A stretch of DNA of 64,000 bases from a virus, in the IMG/VR virus record IMGVR_UViG_3300028299_000132, positions 34,092 to 98,091 of that record; one strand, written 5' to 3'. The translations under genes and the position numbers were made by a program. Under the pieces are notes generated by a model that ran no database searches, had not been told where the DNA came from, and worked only from the letters and a program-made list of their open reading frames with translations. Of the stretch, positions 41,939 through 49,754 are shown one piece after another. The stretch's first letter is position 1; each line of letters starts with the position of its first letter.

Positions 41939-42430
41939 ATGAAAACAATTAAAAATTATTCAGTAGAGAGGGATGTTTATGAATCTTTTGATAAATTAAC
42001 AAATTCCTTAAGAATAAACAAAAGTCGTTTCTTTCAAGAAAAGATAGTTGAGTTTATAACAGAAAACGGTGGTGAAATAAAAGATAGTGTCTCTTGGAGA
42101 GAATGTTTCCGTAATCTAGGAAGACCTTGGAGAACGGGTCTTAATGAACTTATGGATTCTTATAATAAAATAGATGAACAATTAAAACCAACTCCAAAAG
42201 TAGATTATGATAAATATAGAATTTTAGAAAAGAGATTTGAGGATAAAGTTGAATTTCATCCACAAAAACTCGCATACGCGAATCTAGCGGGTGAAACCAT
42301 ATGGCGTTCAATTTTAATGGGAACAGATAGATTTGAACACGGACTAAAATCAATGGAAGAAGCGTTAGATTTTATTGAAAGATATAAAAGAGGTAATATA
42401 GTTGAAGAGGTTATTCATGATATTGAATAA
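41939..42430 (+). CDS. Ribbon-helix-helix-like DNA-binding protein
   Basis: KNYSVERDVYESFDKL...INKSRFFQEKI; paralog of 62621. Confidence 0.6.
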   Translation: MKTIKNYSVERDVYESFDKLTNSLRINKSRFFQEKIVEFITENGGEIKDSVSWRECFRNLGRPWRTGLNELMDSYNKIDEQLKPTPKVDYDKYRILEKRFEDKVEFHPQKLAYANLAGETIWRSILMGTDRFEHGLKSMEEALDFIERYKRGNIVEEVIHDIE

Positions 42431-42462
42431 AATTTTTCAGAAAAATTATAAAGTTCAAAATT

Positions 42463-43173
42463 TTATCTATTTCCTTTACTAAGATTTTCCTCCTTCCATA
42501 AAGGTTGGAGATTTTCCAAAGAACAGACCTCTTTGATTGGTGTATCTGGTGAAAACTTTGTGACAGGGCGCATATGATCTATATCCCATTCACCGTGGTT
42601 ATCCCAAGACATACCAGGACGGAATAGAGATTGAAGGTGATCGTGGAGTTCTAGAGCGGAATATCCCAATATATCTATTGTATGTCCCTCTTTTGTTGTT
42701 CCTAATCTTCTTAAGGTTGAGTGTAAGACACTTCTCCAGGCTATTATATGGGGGTTATTTTCCCTGTAGTTTTTTTGTAATTCAGCTAATTTTTCTTTAT
42801 TATTATTCCTCCATTCTTTATTTATTTCTGGATGTTCTTTTCTATATTTTTCTAAATATTCTTTTATGACTTCTTTGTTTTCTGGGTCGTTTCTATACAC
42901 CTCTTTTTGTTTGAGGATTTTTTCACGGTTTTCTTTGTGATATTCTTTTTTTCTTGCTAAAATTTTTTCTTTATTTTTTTCATACATTTTCTTATCGTAT
43001 GCTTTTTGTTTTTCTTTGAACCCTGGATCTTCTTTATATTTTTCTTTATATTTCTTTTGAATGTCTTTTACACATTCCTTACATTCATTTCTGTGACCAT
43101 CTGGAGTGCCTTTCTTTTTATGAAAGTCTTCAACAAATTTCAATTTACCACAAATTCTACACTTCTTTTCCAT
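42463..43173 (-). CDS. HNH homing endonuclease
   Basis: CRICG..CKEC, GMSWDNHGEWDIDHMRP, NLQPLWKEENLSKG; follows the tail tube gene. Confidence 0.85.
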   Translation of the reverse strand: MEKKCRICGKLKFVEDFHKKKGTPDGHRNECKECVKDIQKKYKEKYKEDPGFKEKQKAYDKKMYEKNKEKILARKKEYHKENREKILKQKEVYRNDPENKEVIKEYLEKYRKEHPEINKEWRNNNKEKLAELQKNYRENNPHIIAWRSVLHSTLRRLGTTKEGHTIDILGYSALELHDHLQSLFRPGMSWDNHGEWDIDHMRPVTKFSPDTPIKEVCSLENLQPLWKEENLSKGNR

Positions 43174-43230
43174 ATTCTCTTTATATTTTATATAGTAAAA
43201 AGGTCGTGTCCCAATAGTCAAAAAAAACAA

Positions 43231-43262
43231 AAAAAAGACACAAAATAATTTGTGTCTTTTTT
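43231..43262 (-). terminator. Intrinsic terminator after the tail tube gene
   Basis: aaaaaagacacaaa-ataa-tttgtgtctttttt. Confidence 0.8.
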
Positions 43263-43286
43263 AAGTCGTTGAATATCAAATAGTTA

Positions 43287-43853
43287 TTAATAGTAATAAT
43301 CTTCCCAGTAATCGACAGCGAAGTTCGCTTGGAATGGGCCCATCAAAGTACCTGTGTCATCCCAACTGATTTCTTCAAATCCTGTAAAGGCTCTGCAGAC
43401 CGCGTTGTGATAAATTACCCTTCTTATGATAATACCATCTTTGTCATGAAGGTTTACAATAATGTTACCTATTGTTGCGACTTTATAGTTTAATTCTCCA
43501 GTTTCATTGTTCCATGATAAATCATACCAATCTTTCAACATTCTAAAGATAAAGATCTGATTCTGATTATCTTTCAATAAGTTAAAACTGATTTGGAGAT
43601 CGTCAATAGATGTTGTATCTGGCATCATAACGAACAAACGGGTTGAATATTTAAATCTCTGAGATTGTGTTGGTAGGTTTGGATACACTGGTAACGTGGT
43701 AGAAATCGCGTTCTCCAACAGTAAATTTTTTCTTCCACCATAAATTGTTTCCAACGCTGGAGGAAGTATGAAGTTTACTTCAAATAAATTCTTGTGTACT
43801 GGTTCCCAAATTTTATTGTGGGAATCTATGTTCGTAAAATGTGCTAGTGGCAT
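43287..43853 (-). CDS. Tail tube protein (T4 gp19-like)
   Basis: EPVHKNLFEVNF, LKDWYDL, GNIIVNLHDKDG, FAVDYWED C-terminus. Confidence 0.8.
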   Translation of the reverse strand: MPLAHFTNIDSHNKIWEPVHKNLFEVNFILPPALETIYGGRKNLLLENAISTTLPVYPNLPTQSQRFKYSTRLFVMMPDTTSIDDLQISFNLLKDNQNQIFIFRMLKDWYDLSWNNETGELNYKVATIGNIIVNLHDKDGIIIRRVIYHNAVCRAFTGFEEISWDDTGTLMGPFQANFAVDYWEDYYY

Positions 43854-44069
43854 ATCGTTCTGATTATTTTTTTCTTTTATATATTAATGTAAGTATGTTC
43901 TCTTTTTCCATTTTTTTAGTATATATTAAAATTTTTATCTCTTTTTTTTATTTTTTATTTTATATTCATCCAATAATTCCTGAAAAATCCAATTCCTTTG
44001 GGTCTTCTTCATCATAGTACTTCATCATCAATCTCTTCCCATACATCTAGGTTATCACCTGGTGTCTCA

Positions 44070-44768
44070 TTAATATCCTGAATATCTTTCTTCAAAATCT
44101 ATATAATTATTCTTATCATTTTCTCTTCTTAATCTTTCCATTTCCATATCAAATCTAGTTGGTGGTAGTTTTCTTCTTCTTTCCATCTCTTTTTCAATAT
44201 CATCTAACGCTTTTCTAATTCTTTTTCTTTCTGATTCACGCTCTTTTTTTGATTTCCAGAGCCAATTTTCAAATGTTTTGAAAGACTCATCCATTTCCCA
44301 TTCAAAACCACCATCCTCATTATCTTCCTTTTCTTCTTCTTGGGGTTTTATTTTTTTATTAGCGACGTGTCCTTTTAATTTATTTGTAATTTTCCATTTT
44401 GATCCACCCCTTTTAACTTCTAAACTACCTAAATTATATTCATATAATAATTCATTTATCCCATCAATAACTTCTAACCAATCATCAAAATCTGTATGTC
44501 CTACCATACTTATCGCTTCAGCGAGTTCTGAAATTTTAATCCCCAATTCATCATAATCTCTTTTATTTAATCTATTTATAATTTTAAGACATTTTTTAAT
44601 ACTATCTCTGAAAGAATAATAATTTTTATTAGTCATATTATTCACTACTACAAAGTATTTTTTATTCACATCCTCTAAACACTCATCAAGATATCTAACC
44701 AATCTTTCTGTTGATGCGAATGAAATTCCTTCGTTTAAATTAATATCTTCAAATTTTAGCGCTTTCAT
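44070..44768 (-). CDS. Tagged hypothetical protein (C-terminus probably extends to about 43935 via indels)
   Basis: MKALKFEDINLNE; internal MDESFKTFEN; acidic sequence continues in shifted frames. Confidence 0.65.
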   Translation of the reverse strand: MKALKFEDINLNEGISFASTERLVRYLDECLEDVNKKYFVVVNNMTNKNYYSFRDSIKKCLKIINRLNKRDYDELGIKISELAEAISMVGHTDFDDWLEVIDGINELLYEYNLGSLEVKRGGSKWKITNKLKGHVANKKIKPQEEEKEDNEDGGFEWEMDESFKTFENWLWKSKKERESERKRIRKALDDIEKEMERRRKLPPTRFDMEMERLRRENDKNNYIDFEERYSGY

Positions 44769-44803
44769 ATTAAATTATATATAAATTCTATAAAATCATT
44801 TTT

Positions 44804-46066
44804 TTAAGATGGTAAATTTGGTTTATCAAAACTTATTTTATTTCTAATCTCTTCTGGTAATTCATTTAAATACTTATTTGGTGTGTTTAGTAAATCAATT
44901 TTTGTATTATTATCTAAAATTTGTTTCTTTTCGTCATTATTTAATTGGCGAAATATATCACCATCAGTATACTTATAATCATTATAAAGAATATATCTAT
45001 ATTTTTTCTTTTCTAATTTCTCAACACTCATTATTAAATATATATCACTACCATACCGACCAAGAAAATGTTCATTTGGTTCCTCTTCTTCCCATTCCCA
45101 ATCATCTTCATTGAAATCTATATTTTCAGTTAATTCACTCATTTTTTTCCCACATTTCTTACATTGTTTATAATGTTCTGTCTTACAGTACTTCATCTTT
45201 GGATATGGATAAGACATTTTTGTTTTTTCTACCCAATCATGATCACAAGTTTCTTCCTCATCTTCCCAATCAATATTATCAAAATCTATACTCTCATTGA
45301 ATTCTAACCATTTTTTATTTTTTACTCCTGTATTTTTTGCTCTATTTTTTACAATTTGAATCTTTCTTTTTTCTTTTATAATTTCACTAAACCACATTTC
45401 TTTTGGAAATTTTTTGAAAAATTCTTCCATATTCATACTAGATTTGGTTCTAGAATAATAAAAATCAATATAATTTTTAAAAGATTTAATCCAATCTTCA
45501 TAATAATTATTTGTGGTTAGAAATCTATGAAAATCTTTAGGCATACCTTTTGGTTTCTTACGACTAATTGGTTCCTCTTCTTCAAAATCCCAATCATCAA
45601 AATCTATATCCATTGATTCAACCATCCTATTTTTTGGTATATTCAATTCACCTATATCATATATTTTTATAAAATTATTTACATCAGATTTAAACACCAT
45701 TAAACTTTCTTTACCTCTAGCTCTGAATGAACTTTCAGTTTTTTCTGATACAACAAATAATCTTTTGTCATAAATAAAATAATCACCAACTTCAAGACCA
45801 TTACCATCAACTTTATATCCCTTTACAAATCTATCAGCTTTTACGGTATAACTTTGACTATCATGACTTCCATGTAAAGTAACTACTCCATTTCTTATTC
45901 TAGTAACTACTCCAGTCCATAAATTAGTTGTATGGAGATACTCATTATTACATTTCGCGATCAAGTAATCACCAATATGAATTTCTTTATCAAACGGTTC
46001 ATTCTCTTCCCATTCCCAATCATCATCATTGAAATCTATTTCTTCAAATAATTTTAAATATTTCAT
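44804..46066 (-). CDS. Tagged modular protein (4 acidic-tag units)
   Basis: FEEIDFNDDDWEWEENEP, VESMDIDFDDWDFEEEEP, NESIDFDNIDWEDEEE, TENIDFNEDDWEWEEEEP. Confidence 0.8.
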   Translation of the reverse strand: MKYLKLFEEIDFNDDDWEWEENEPFDKEIHIGDYLIAKCNNEYLHTTNLWTGVVTRIRNGVVTLHGSHDSQSYTVKADRFVKGYKVDGNGLEVGDYFIYDKRLFVVSEKTESSFRARGKESLMVFKSDVNNFIKIYDIGELNIPKNRMVESMDIDFDDWDFEEEEPISRKKPKGMPKDFHRFLTTNNYYEDWIKSFKNYIDFYYSRTKSSMNMEEFFKKFPKEMWFSEIIKEKRKIQIVKNRAKNTGVKNKKWLEFNESIDFDNIDWEDEEETCDHDWVEKTKMSYPYPKMKYCKTEHYKQCKKCGKKMSELTENIDFNEDDWEWEEEEPNEHFLGRYGSDIYLIMSVEKLEKKKYRYILYNDYKYTDGDIFRQLNNDEKKQILDNNTKIDLLNTPNKYLNELPEEIRNKISFDKPNLPS

Positions 46067-46144
46067 ATCTTTATTATATATAAAATATTTAAAATAAAAA
46101 AGGGGGTCATTAGACCCCCAATTAAAAGGAAATGAAAATTTATT

Positions 46145-46351
46145 TTAAATTCTTTTTGTAATTTGACAACTCTTATTGATTAAGAGAATTTTACCACTCT
46201 CCAACATAACCTCAATACTTTCTTTGTCCTTATCTAGCCAGTCAACACGTGCAGCGTCACCCTTGGTGTAATAAGTTTTAATTCTTTGTCCTGATGTATT
46301 GTAAAGTTCTACTTTACCATCTTTAATTGTTAAAAAAGTTTCTTTTGCCAT
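46145..46351 (-). CDS. Small beta-rich hypothetical protein
   Basis: 68-aa ORF followed by a ggggtc/gacccc hairpin. Confidence 0.65.
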   Translation of the reverse strand: MAKETFLTIKDGKVELYNTSGQRIKTYYTKGDAARVDWLDKDKESIEVMLESGKILLINKSCQITKRI

Positions 46352-46355
46352 TTTT

Positions 46356-46640
46356 CTATTTGTTTAAGTCAATTTTAAATTTATCTATATCAAATCTTAA
46401 TTCCCAGTCATTAGTTAACATTAGATTTTCATATTTCAAAAACACTAACATAAGTAATCCAATTGGTCCCATATATCCATATATTGTAGCGATTACAATG
46501 GACGCGATGAATCTTATTGTTTTACCTAATTTAACACTTCCACCATTTTGTTCCATAAAATCAACAATTGATGTACCGTTGTAATAATTTATAAGTGTTA
46601 AATAAAAAGTAATGAGTGCGAAAATAAACCAAATAATCAT
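46356..46640 (-). CDS. Small membrane protein
   Basis: Two hydrophobic segments. Confidence 0.6.
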   Translation of the reverse strand: MIIWFIFALITFYLTLINYYNGTSIVDFMEQNGGSVKLGKTIRFIASIVIATIYGYMGPIGLLMLVFLKYENLMLTNDWELRFDIDKFKIDLNK

Positions 46641-46663
46641 AATTTTCTGTTTTTATGTTATAA

Positions 46664-46695
46664 CAAAGATACGAATAATTTAATTGTTGTACAAA
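46664..46695 (-). promoter_or_regulatory. Bacteroidota sigmaA-type promoter
   Basis: TTTG-N20-TATCTTTG. Confidence 0.75.
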
Positions 46696-46696
46696 T

Positions 46697-47080
46697 TCAT
46701 AGTGTAAAATTTAATGAACCATGAAATGGTTCATTATAGATATAATCCTGGTCTTTTTCCAAAGTACTAGATAAAAGATACTTCTTTCTTTTCCATAGAT
46801 ACTCATAGTTGATCATTCTACAATCTAAATCTATGAAATTCAAATCATTAGAAAATCTATTAATTATAACTTCAAATCTAATATTATTTACAGTCTGGAA
46901 AAACATTAATCTCCCATCTATAAAAACTTTATGGTTTAGTTTCAGTTCTTTAGTTATCTTCCTAATAAATTTACTCATATTCATATTCTTTCTATATCTA
47001 CCATATATGGTTGATCTTATGAATAAATTATAACTATCAAATATGTGTTTTGTTGTCACCATACCATTTTTTGTAATCAT
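46697..47080 (-). CDS. Hypothetical protein
   Basis: 127-aa ORF. Confidence 0.55.
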   Translation of the reverse strand: MITKNGMVTTKHIFDSYNLFIRSTIYGRYRKNMNMSKFIRKITKELKLNHKVFIDGRLMFFQTVNNIRFEVIINRFSNDLNFIDLDCRMINYEYLWKRKKYLLSSTLEKDQDYIYNEPFHGSLNFTL

Positions 47081-47222
47081 CGCCTTTTATAAAACTTTCT
47101 ATTATTGTTCTATTCTCAAGTTCGTAGTTAAGTGGAAGTTTATGTAATCTGATATACCAATTCACAAAATCAATTACTGTATCTTCATTCCATTCAAAAC
47201 TATTAACTTTCTTTTCTTCCAT
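47037..47222 (-). CDS. Small hypothetical protein
   Basis: FEWNEDTVIDFVNWY. Confidence 0.6.
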   Translation of the reverse strand: MEEKKVNSFEWNEDTVIDFVNWYIRLHKLPLNYELENRTIIESFIKGDDYKKWYGDNKTHI

Positions 47223-47279
47223 ATTATTAAATTTTATTTATGATAATTCCAAGACATATCATAATATGGTGATAGTTTA

Positions 47280-47441
47280 TCATTTGTATTCAACAAAATC
47301 TTTTCTTTTAAATATTTTTTTATACCAGGGTAGTGCATTCCATCGGTGTACTTTTGCCTAGTGTTCAGTTAAGTCATTTAATGTTTCTCTAGCTAGTTCA
47401 GCTACTTCTTTTCGCCTTTCAATTTCGTTTATATTTTCCAT
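47280..47441 (-). CDS. Small protein with in-frame TAG at 47358-47360
   Basis: MENINEIERRKEVAELARETLNDLTEH*AKVHRWNALPWYKKIFKRKDFVEYK; fills the operon gap. Confidence 0.7.
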
Positions 47442-47446
47442 ATTTT

Positions 47447-48514
47447 TTAAATTTTAATGTATTTAAATTCGTGTTGGTATTCAATTTTCTTTAAAACTTC
47501 AAAGATTAAATCTTCAGTTTTTTTAATATCTTCAATATCAACAGTTTCCACTGTTGTGTGCATATATTTCAAAGGAAGTGATATCAAACAAGATGGAACT
47601 CCACCTACGGAGTACGCGAAAGAATCAGTGTCGGTTCCTGTTGAACGACTACAAACTTTTCTTTGAAAATCAATCTTTTGTTTTGTTGCGACTCCCTCAA
47701 CCAATTCAAGGAGTTTTTGTTGAATCGGTGCACCATATGTTAAAACTGGTCCTTTACCGCAACGAATATCACCATTTTTCATTTTTTCCATCATTGGTGT
47801 TGTTGTATCGTGTGTTACATCAAGAATTAACGCTGCGTTTGGACGAATTGTTTCCACAATCATTCTAGAACCTCTAAGTCCAACTTCTTCTTGTACCGCG
47901 TTAACAACATATAAACCAAATGGTAATTTCACTCCTTCTTCTCTTAGTCGTTTAACAACCTGTGTTAGAATATAACCACCCATTTTGTTGTCTAATGCAC
48001 GACCAGTATAGAATTTATTATTCATTTTTGTTAATTCATCTGGATATGTGACTAAACACCCAACATAAATTCCTGATGATTCAACATCCTTTTTTGATGT
48101 AAATCCACAGTCAATAAAGATATTATCCGCGGATGCGTGAGTTTCTTTGGTACCAGTACCTCTTGTATGAATCGCTGGCCAGCCAAAGAATCCAGGTATT
48201 AGTCCATTTTTAGTATGGATATTAACTCTTTTAGATGGTGCTATTTGATGATCTGCTCCACCATTTTTTTTCACATAGATATATCCTTTATCTGTTATAT
48301 AACTAACAATAAATGATATTTCATCAACATGTGCTTCAATTACTACTTTAAAATCAGAATCTGGATTAATTATACCAACTGCGGTTCCATAATGGTCGGT
48401 TATAAATTTATCAACATAATCCTTCATATAATTTACCCAAATTTGTTGGGATTCATTTTCATATCCACTTGGGGATAGACTGTTTAGATAAAGTTCTAAA
48501 AATTTTTTACTCAT
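47447..48514 (-). CDS. M42-family aminopeptidase
   Basis: SPSGYE, EAHVDEI, RALDNKMG, VQEEVGLRG, LDVTH, GTDTD, YMHTTVE. Confidence 0.92.
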   Translation of the reverse strand: MSKKFLELYLNSLSPSGYENESQQIWVNYMKDYVDKFITDHYGTAVGIINPDSDFKVVIEAHVDEISFIVSYITDKGYIYVKKNGGADHQIAPSKRVNIHTKNGLIPGFFGWPAIHTRGTGTKETHASADNIFIDCGFTSKKDVESSGIYVGCLVTYPDELTKMNNKFYTGRALDNKMGGYILTQVVKRLREEGVKLPFGLYVVNAVQEEVGLRGSRMIVETIRPNAALILDVTHDTTTPMMEKMKNGDIRCGKGPVLTYGAPIQQKLLELVEGVATKQKIDFQRKVCSRSTGTDTDSFAYSVGGVPSCLISLPLKYMHTTVETVDIEDIKKTEDLIFEVLKKIEYQHEFKYIKI

Positions 48515-48707
48515 AATTACTGTTTATATTAAATAATGTGTTAAAAAAATGCATCATCATAATCATTCCAGATATAATAACCAAGAATAATTGCCATCCA
48601 ACTGGTTCAATACCATATAATGAATAAACCATTGATAGATAAAGACAATATCCAGACCCTAAAAACACCAAGAGATTAAGAAAGAATTGTGAAAATTTCG
48701 CTCTCAT
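48507..48707 (-). CDS. Small membrane protein
   Basis: Two TM segments. Confidence 0.6.
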   Translation of the reverse strand: MRAKFSQFFLNLLVFLGSGYCLYLSMVYSLYGIEPVGWQLFLVIISGMIMMMHFFNTLFNINSNYE

Positions 48708-48925
48708 TGGTCTCTAGATTTTAAAATTTTTAATATTATTCCCATTCCTGTACCACAAGATAACATCATTATTACAGCGAAAGTTTTGATATTGAATTTG
48801 TAGATAGTTAATTCTGGTTGATATGGGATTATATCCAAAAAAGATAAACATGCAAGAAAATAAAATAGGAACAAAAAACCATATCCAATTAAAAATTCAG
48901 AATTAATATCTTTTATGTATCTCAT
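48704..48925 (-). CDS. Small membrane protein
   Basis: Start at MRYIKD, downstream of the tRNA; two TM segments. Confidence 0.6.
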   Translation of the reverse strand: MRYIKDINSEFLIGYGFLFLFYFLACLSFLDIIPYQPELTIYKFNIKTFAVIMMLSCGTGMGIILKILKSRDQ

Positions 48926-48942
48926 TATTATTTGATTATCAG

Positions 48943-49017
48943 TGAGTTGAGTGGGATTTGAACCCACGACAAAGTGTTTTAGGGGCACTTGTTCTAACCA
49001 GACTGAACTATCAACTC
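48943..49017 (-). tRNA. tRNA with CUA anticodon (amber suppressor)
   Basis: GAGTTGA/TCAACTC acceptor, GTTC/GAAC D stem with GG, AGTGC-CCCTAAA-ACACT anticodon arm, GTGGG-TTCAAAT-CCCAC T arm, A73, no encoded CCA. Confidence 0.9.
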
Positions 49018-49028
49018 ATTATTTTATT

Positions 49029-49036
49029 CAAAGATA
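49029..49036 (-). promoter_or_regulatory. Bacteroidota -7 promoter element for the tRNA
   Basis: TATCTTTG ending 11 nt upstream of tRNA G1. Confidence 0.65.
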
Positions 49037-49072
49037 TAAAAAATTTTTAATATAAAAAAATTTTTTATAAAA

Positions 49073-49102
49073 ATAACAGGGGTATTTTTATACCCCTGTT
49101 AT
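49073..49102 (-). terminator. Intrinsic terminator upstream of the tRNA promoter
   Basis: ataacaggggta-tttt-tacccctgttat hairpin followed by T-run on the minus strand. Confidence 0.8.
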
Positions 49103-49110
49103 AGATATTA

Positions 49111-49570
49111 TTATATACTCTTAGATAAGAAATATTTCAAGTCCTTTTCTTTATAAAAATTACCTTTTAATCTTTTGTAAATGTCCAAAGAACTTTCCAT
49201 TTTATCTCTAGATTCCAAAAAGTTTTTCTTCGCTTTCTGAATCAATTCCTCTTGTTGAGATATCTTAATATGAACCCTTTATCGGATTTTAAGATATACT
49301 TATAAAGAATGTGAAAAAACTTATTAAATGATTTCAAAGAACGATTGTGCTCAACATTTAGAATACAGTTTCTTAGTTTTTTTTCTGATTTAGTGATAAA
49401 TTTACTAATTTTTCATAACAATTATCAATTTCTGATAAATCACTTGTTATCCTGTAATCCATTAATTCTGAAACTCTTTTTATTTTTTCAGTGGTTTCTT
49501 TTACTGATTTTTCTAGATTTCTTGTATCTAGACTAAAATTTACTTTATTTAATTTTTCCATTGTTTCCAT
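49111..49570 (-). pseudogene. Hypothetical protein broken by two indels
   Basis: METMEKLNK..LSLNQKK continues as LRNCILNVEHNRSLK.. and VHIKISQQEELIQKAKK.. in other frames. Confidence 0.55.
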
Positions 49571-49754
49571 TTTATTTTTTTTTAATTGTTTATAATTTAA
49601 TTTTTAATTTTTTGGTAAAACAATGGTTCTCATGGGGGTCTAACCTATGGCATATCTTCCTCCTTTCTGATTTTTAATTTAATTATTCCTATTATATCTT
49701 GGGTAAATGGATCATTAAACATTCCTGATACCATAAACTCACCATATTTTTTAT

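Noticed and set aside
43966-44070. Fifth TAG read-through ORF (ATG AGA CAC CAG GTG ATA ACC TAG ...)
   Set aside because: The region reads better as the frameshifted acidic C-terminus of the 44768 gene (DINETPGDNLDVWEEIDDE).
5786-46066. Diversity-generating retroelement behind the repeated acidic tags
   Set aside because: No reverse transcriptase in the window, and no long template/variable repeat pair differing only at adenines.
48926-48988. N-terminal extension of the 48704 ORF
   Set aside because: It overlaps the tRNA; ATG 48925 is the sensible start.
37612-49385. Programmed frameshifts at about 37620, 38668, 44090 and 49280/49380
   Set aside because: Mostly small indels in A-runs, several per gene, with no stimulatory structure. 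Assembly errors or decay are more likely.
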